A DNA stretch of 64,000 nucleotides from an uncultured delta proteobacterium (lineage in GTDB: Bacteria > Desulfobacterota > Desulfobaccia > Desulfobaccales > 0-14-0-80-60-11). The stretch spans positions 1,568,001-1,632,000 of the forward strand of contig CAWETI010000003.1 of assembly GCA_963812015.1 (NCBI GenBank), given 5' to 3'. Positions 59,903 to 64,000 of this stretch are shown in pieces. The position numbers were made by a program, and so were the translations under genes. The notes under the pieces are model-generated. The model was not told where the DNA came from. It searched no databases and worked only from the letters and a program-made list of their open reading frames with translations. Numbering within the stretch: position 1 is the stretch's first letter; every line of letters begins with the position of its first letter.

Positions 59903-62323
59903 ATGGCAACGACAGAAGAAGAACAACAACATATCGTCATTCCCACCCAACTGCCCATGTTGGCGGTTCGGGACGTAGTGGTTTTTCCCAATATGGTGCT
60001 CCCGCTGTTTGTGGGGCGGGAGACCTCGGTACTGGCCATCGAAGCGGCCCTGGCCCAGGACCGCCTGATCTTTCTGGCCACCCAAAAAGACCAATCCGTG
60101 GAAAATCCCGAACCCGAGGACATCTACTCCGTGGGCACGGTAAGCCTTATTTTGCGCATGCTGAAACTGCCGGACGGACGCCTGAAGATCCTGGTCCAGG
60201 GAAAGGCCAAGGCCATGGTCCAGGAATTTATCCAGGAGCGCCCCTACTTCCAGGTGGGGCTGGAAGTCTTACCCGAAACTACGGTCACCGAGATTTCCCC
60301 CGAGGCCGAGGCCCTGATGCGCAACGCCCGGGAGATGTCCGAGAAGATCCTCACCCTCAAGGGCATTTTGTCACCGGATCTTTTGGCCATCCTGGAGTCC
60401 ATCGAGGACCCCGGGCACCTGGCCGACCTGGTGGCCGCCAACTTGCGCCTGAAGATCGAAGAAGCCCAGTTGGTGCTGGATGAAATGGACCCCATCCGCA
60501 GTCTCATCAAGGTCAACGATTTTCTGCGCAAGGAAATGGAAGTCTCCGCCATCCAGGCCAAGATCCAGTCCCAGGCCCGGGAGGAAATGGACCGCACCCA
60601 GCGGGAATACTTCCTCCGGGAGCAGCTCCGGGCCATCAAGAAAGAACTGGGCGACATGGACGAGACCACCAAGGAGATGGAAGAATACCGTCTCAAGATC
60701 GCCCAGGCCCGGATGCCCAAACAGGCGGAAGAAGAAGCCGTCAAACAGTTGTCCCGCCTGGAGCAAATGCATCCCGACGCCGCCGAGGCCTCCATCGTCC
60801 GCACTTACCTGGACTGGCTGGTGTCCCTGCCCTGGAGCAAGGGCACCCGGGACAAGCTGGAGGTCAAAGAGGCCAAGGCGATCCTGGATGAAGACCATTT
60901 CGACCTGGAAAAGGTCAAGGACCGCATCCTGGAGTACCTGAGCGTCCGGAAACTCAACAAGAAGATGAAAGGCCCCATCCTCTGTTTCGTGGGCCCTCCG
61001 GGGGTAGGCAAGACCTCCCTGGGGCAGTCCATTGCCCGGGCCCTGGGCCGCAAGTTCGTGCGCATCTCCCTGGGGGGCATGCGGGACGAAGCCGAGATTC
61101 GGGGCCACCGGCGCACCTATATCGGCGCCCTGCCCGGCCGGATCATCCAGGGGGTCAAGAACGCCGGTTCCAACAACCCGGTCTTCATCCTGGATGAAGT
61201 GGATAAGATCGGCATGGATTTCCGGGGCGATCCCGCCGCCGCCCTCCTGGAGGTGCTGGACCCGGAGCAGAACCACTCCTTCAGCGACCACTACCTCAAT
61301 GTGCCCTTTGACCTGTCCAAGGTGATGTTCATCACCACCGCCAACCTGGTGGACCCCATTCCCTCGGCCCTCCGGGACCGCATGGAGGTCATCCGCCTGG
61401 CGGGCTACACCGAGGAAGAGAAGCTCCAGATCGTCCGCCGCTACCTTTTGCCTCGGCAGTTGCAGGAAAATGGCCTCCACTCCCAGGATTTCAAGATTTC
61501 CACCGAGGTGATCAAGCAGGTCATCACGTACTACACCCAGGAGGCGGGACTCCGCAATCTGGAGCGGGAGATCGGCTCCCTGTGCCGTAAGGTGGCCCGG
61601 CGCATCGCCGAAGGGGAAAAAGGCCCCTTTGCCATTACCCGGGGGAACCTGCACCTGTTCCTGGGGCCGCCCCGCTATCTGCCGGAAGGCGAATTGGAGA
61701 AAGACGAAGTGGGCGTGGCCACGGGGCTGGCCTGGACCGAGGTGGGGGGCGAGACCCTGAAGGTGGAAGCCAGCCTGATGAAAGGCAAAGGCCAGCTTAC
61801 CCTGACGGGCCAGTTGGGCGACGTGATGAAGGAGTCGGGCCACGCGGCCTTGAGTTACGCCCGGGCCCGGGCCGACCGCCTCAACCTGGCGCCGGATTTT
61901 TACGAGAAACTGGACATCCATATCCACGTGCCCGCGGGAGCCACTCCCAAGGACGGCCCTTCGGCGGGAGTCACCATGGCCACCGCCCTGATCTCAGCCC
62001 TTACCCATATTCCGGTCCGGCGGGACGTCGCCATGACCGGGGAAATCACCCTCCGGGGCAAGGTGCTGCCCATCGGCGGCCTCAAGGAAAAGGCCATTGC
62101 GGCCCTCAGGGCCCGGGTCAAGAAGGTTATCATCCCCGCGGCCAACAAGAAGGACCTGGTGGAAATTCCCAAGAACGTCAAGCGCCGCCTCAAGTTCGTG
62201 GCGGTGGCCGACATGGACGAGGTGCTGAACGAAGCCCTGCTGCAGTCGCCCTTCAAGGAGGGCAAAAAAGCCGGGGCCCCGATGGGACGGCTGACCACGC
62301 CGCCTTCCCGGCCGGTAGTCTGA
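59903..62323 (+). CDS. lon: ATP-dependent protease La
   Basis: RDVVVFP, GPPGVGKTS, LDEVDK, PKDGPSAG, IGGLKEK. Confidence 0.98.
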   Translation: MATTEEEQQHIVIPTQLPMLAVRDVVVFPNMVLPLFVGRETSVLAIEAALAQDRLIFLATQKDQSVENPEPEDIYSVGTVSLILRMLKLPDGRLKILVQGKAKAMVQEFIQERPYFQVGLEVLPETTVTEISPEAEALMRNAREMSEKILTLKGILSPDLLAILESIEDPGHLADLVAANLRLKIEEAQLVLDEMDPIRSLIKVNDFLRKEMEVSAIQAKIQSQAREEMDRTQREYFLREQLRAIKKELGDMDETTKEMEEYRLKIAQARMPKQAEEEAVKQLSRLEQMHPDAAEASIVRTYLDWLVSLPWSKGTRDKLEVKEAKAILDEDHFDLEKVKDRILEYLSVRKLNKKMKGPILCFVGPPGVGKTSLGQSIARALGRKFVRISLGGMRDEAEIRGHRRTYIGALPGRIIQGVKNAGSNNPVFILDEVDKIGMDFRGDPAAALLEVLDPEQNHSFSDHYLNVPFDLSKVMFITTANLVDPIPSALRDRMEVIRLAGYTEEEKLQIVRRYLLPRQLQENGLHSQDFKISTEVIKQVITYYTQEAGLRNLEREIGSLCRKVARRIAEGEKGPFAITRGNLHLFLGPPRYLPEGELEKDEVGVATGLAWTEVGGETLKVEASLMKGKGQLTLTGQLGDVMKESGHAALSYARARADRLNLAPDFYEKLDIHIHVPAGATPKDGPSAGVTMATALISALTHIPVRRDVAMTGEITLRGKVLPIGGLKEKAIAALRARVKKVIIPAANKKDLVEIPKNVKRRLKFVAVADMDEVLNEALLQSPFKEGKKAGAPMGRLTTPPSRPVV

Positions 62324-62387
62324 GGGGGGCTGCCCAACCGTAGGGGCGGTGAGCGCACCGTCCCGACAACGACCTTAGGGATGCAGC

Positions 62388-62576
62388 ATGCAGAACAGAG
62401 GTGATACCCAAGTGCTTGCCCAATTTCTCGCTGCCGGTATAATACATGGTGACGCCTTGGACTTGCTTGCACGCCTTCCCCGAGGCAGCATCCACCTTTT
62501 CTTCACGAGTCCACCGTATGCCGATGCACGAGCATATAGCCGGATACATCCAGACCATGCTTTTATGTCAAGTTAA
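62388..62576 (+). pseudogene. Truncated beta-class DNA methyltransferase fragment
   Basis: IIHGDALDLL..LP..SIHLFFTSPPYAD, then an abrupt stop; no SAM-binding motif; followed by AT-rich DNA. Confidence 0.8.
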
Positions 62577-62647
62577 CTACGAAACACTACCATAGACCAT
62601 CATTAAAAACCTTTGGTGCAATCTCTCTAATACGCAACCCTAACGAA

Positions 62648-63928
62648 GTGGATTCCATCCTTGCAAATCCGTATCTGACTCGCTGGCTGGCCATGGGGGC
62701 CTTGGTGCTCCTGGTCGCCTTCTTCGCCATGTCCGAAACCTCCCTCTTTGCCCTGAGCCCCCTGGGTCGTTTGCGTCTGAAAGACAAACGCCCGGCCCGG
62801 GGAGCGCTGGTGGAAGCCCTCCTGGCCCGGCCCCGGCGTCTGTTGGTGACGGTGCTCATCGGGGTGGAAACCTCTAGCATCCTGTTTTCCGTCCTGGCCA
62901 CCTCCATGGTCCTGAGCCTCTGGGGACCCCATAAGGAATGGCTGGTGCTCCTGGTCATGGTCCCCACCTTTCAGTTCCTGGGGGAAATCATCCCCAAGTC
63001 TCTGGCCCTGGCGTACCCGGAGCGCCTGGCCGGCCGGATGGCTCCGTTGATCAGGCCGGCGATCCTTATTCTGTCACCTTTTCGGGTGGTTTTTTTGCAA
63101 ATCAGCCGGGGGATTCTGGTGGCCCTGGGATTCCGTCCGGACCTGCCGGTGCACTCGGTGCAGCAGGAAGATTTTGTCCGCATGGTGGAAGACAGCCACC
63201 GCCGTGGCCTGATCGCCCCCATAGAACGGGATTTTATTCAGAATCTCCTCAATTTTGGGGAGCTCCGGGTGGGACAGATCATGGTGCCCCGCCCCGATAT
63301 GTTCACTCTCCCGGTTGACTTGACTTTCGCCGAGATGGTCAAGGCCATCAAGCAGTCCCGGTTCACCCGGGTCCCCATCTATGAGGAGACCCCCGACCAG
63401 GTGCTGGGGGTCCTCCATGCCAAGGACATCCTGGAGATGTGCCATCAAGGACCCTGCGAGGGCGAGGTCCCCCGGCATCTTTTGCGGCCGGCCTACTATG
63501 TCCCTGAAAACAAGCGGGCCTTCGACCTGTTGACCGAGATCCAGGCCCATAACCAGCGCCTGGCCCTGGTGGTGGATGAATACGGCACCCTGGTGGGCCT
63601 GGTCACGGTGGAAGACCTCCTGGAGGAACTCTGCGGCGACATTCCCCAGGAGTTCAAGGAAGAGGAAGAGCCCCTGACGGAGGTGGCCCCTGGCGTCTGG
63701 CGGGTCAAAGGGAGCATGTCCCTGGCGGATTTTAACGAAGAGCTGGGCCTGAATCTGCCGGCGGAGGAATTCGACACCATCGGCGGGCTGGTTTTGAACC
63801 TCTTCGGCTCCCTGCCCCGGGAAGGGCGGACCATTGCTTATGACGCTTATGAAAAACTCACCTTTCGGGTGCTGCGTATGCAAGGCCCCCGCATCCTCGA
63901 AGTGGAGGTGCGGCGGGAAACCCTATGA
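62648..63928 (+). CDS. Hemolysin/CNNM family protein (DUF21-CBS-CorC)
   Basis: FFAMSETSLF, GEIIPKSLA, IMVPR, VVDEYG...G.VT.EDLLEE..G.I, DTIGG. Confidence 0.93.
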   Translation: MDSILANPYLTRWLAMGALVLLVAFFAMSETSLFALSPLGRLRLKDKRPARGALVEALLARPRRLLVTVLIGVETSSILFSVLATSMVLSLWGPHKEWLVLLVMVPTFQFLGEIIPKSLALAYPERLAGRMAPLIRPAILILSPFRVVFLQISRGILVALGFRPDLPVHSVQQEDFVRMVEDSHRRGLIAPIERDFIQNLLNFGELRVGQIMVPRPDMFTLPVDLTFAEMVKAIKQSRFTRVPIYEETPDQVLGVLHAKDILEMCHQGPCEGEVPRHLLRPAYYVPENKRAFDLLTEIQAHNQRLALVVDEYGTLVGLVTVEDLLEELCGDIPQEFKEEEEPLTEVAPGVWRVKGSMSLADFNEELGLNLPAEEFDTIGGLVLNLFGSLPREGRTIAYDAYEKLTFRVLRMQGPRILEVEVRRETL

Positions 63929-64000
63929 TCTACGGGATTCTGATATTCTGCCTTCCCCTGGTGATCCTGGAAGGGTTTTTCGCGGCTTCGGAAATCTCCC
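63925..64000 (+). CDS. Second CNNM/hemolysin-family gene (5' part only)
   Basis: ATGA overlap; MIYGILIFCLPLVILEGFFAASEIS matches the DUF21 start. Confidence 0.75.
   Translation, partial: MIYGILIFCLPLVILEGFFAASEIS

Overview
GC-rich chromosomal window from a bacterium that looks like an anaerobic Desulfobacterota / deltaproteobacterium (inferred from gene content and style, not from a search). Most of it is housekeeping: riboflavin genes (ribE, ribBA, ribH) with nusB; rpsF-rpsR-yybS-rplI-dnaB; two Hsp20 genes; murA; coaBC-udg-nfeD-SPFH; a complete complex I cluster on the minus strand (fused nuoEF, then nuoABCDGHIJKLMN); trmJ; uvrC; rpsB-tsf-pyrH-frr-uppS; a hopanoid cluster (shc-hpnA-hpnH plus an ArnT-like transferase); lon; and two CNNM/hemolysin-family genes. 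Cis-RNAs are a c-di-GMP-I riboswitch with an overlapping terminator and the S6:S18 and S2 leaders. The strongest new observation is an ORF missing from the ORF track (37543->37334, minus strand). It has a promoter, an RBS, a lipoprotein-type signal peptide ending VCGC, then an in-frame UGA immediately followed by a hairpin matching the bacterial SECIS model. This gives a candidate 69-aa G-C-U-G selenolipoprotein heading an operon with a catalytically degenerate Tpt1/KptA homologue and a DUF218 protein. Other notable items: a secreted serine protease whose C-terminal domain seems swapped for an AT-rich domain with an orphan tail left behind; a 1-nt frameshift at the shc 5' end; a nonsense-inactivated hicA inside the nuo cluster; both HicAB cassettes sitting behind a near-identical GTAG-type REP; MITE-like shells carrying palindromic repeats; and a highly structured ~450-nt region before dnaB. 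All calls are by eye; no searches were run.
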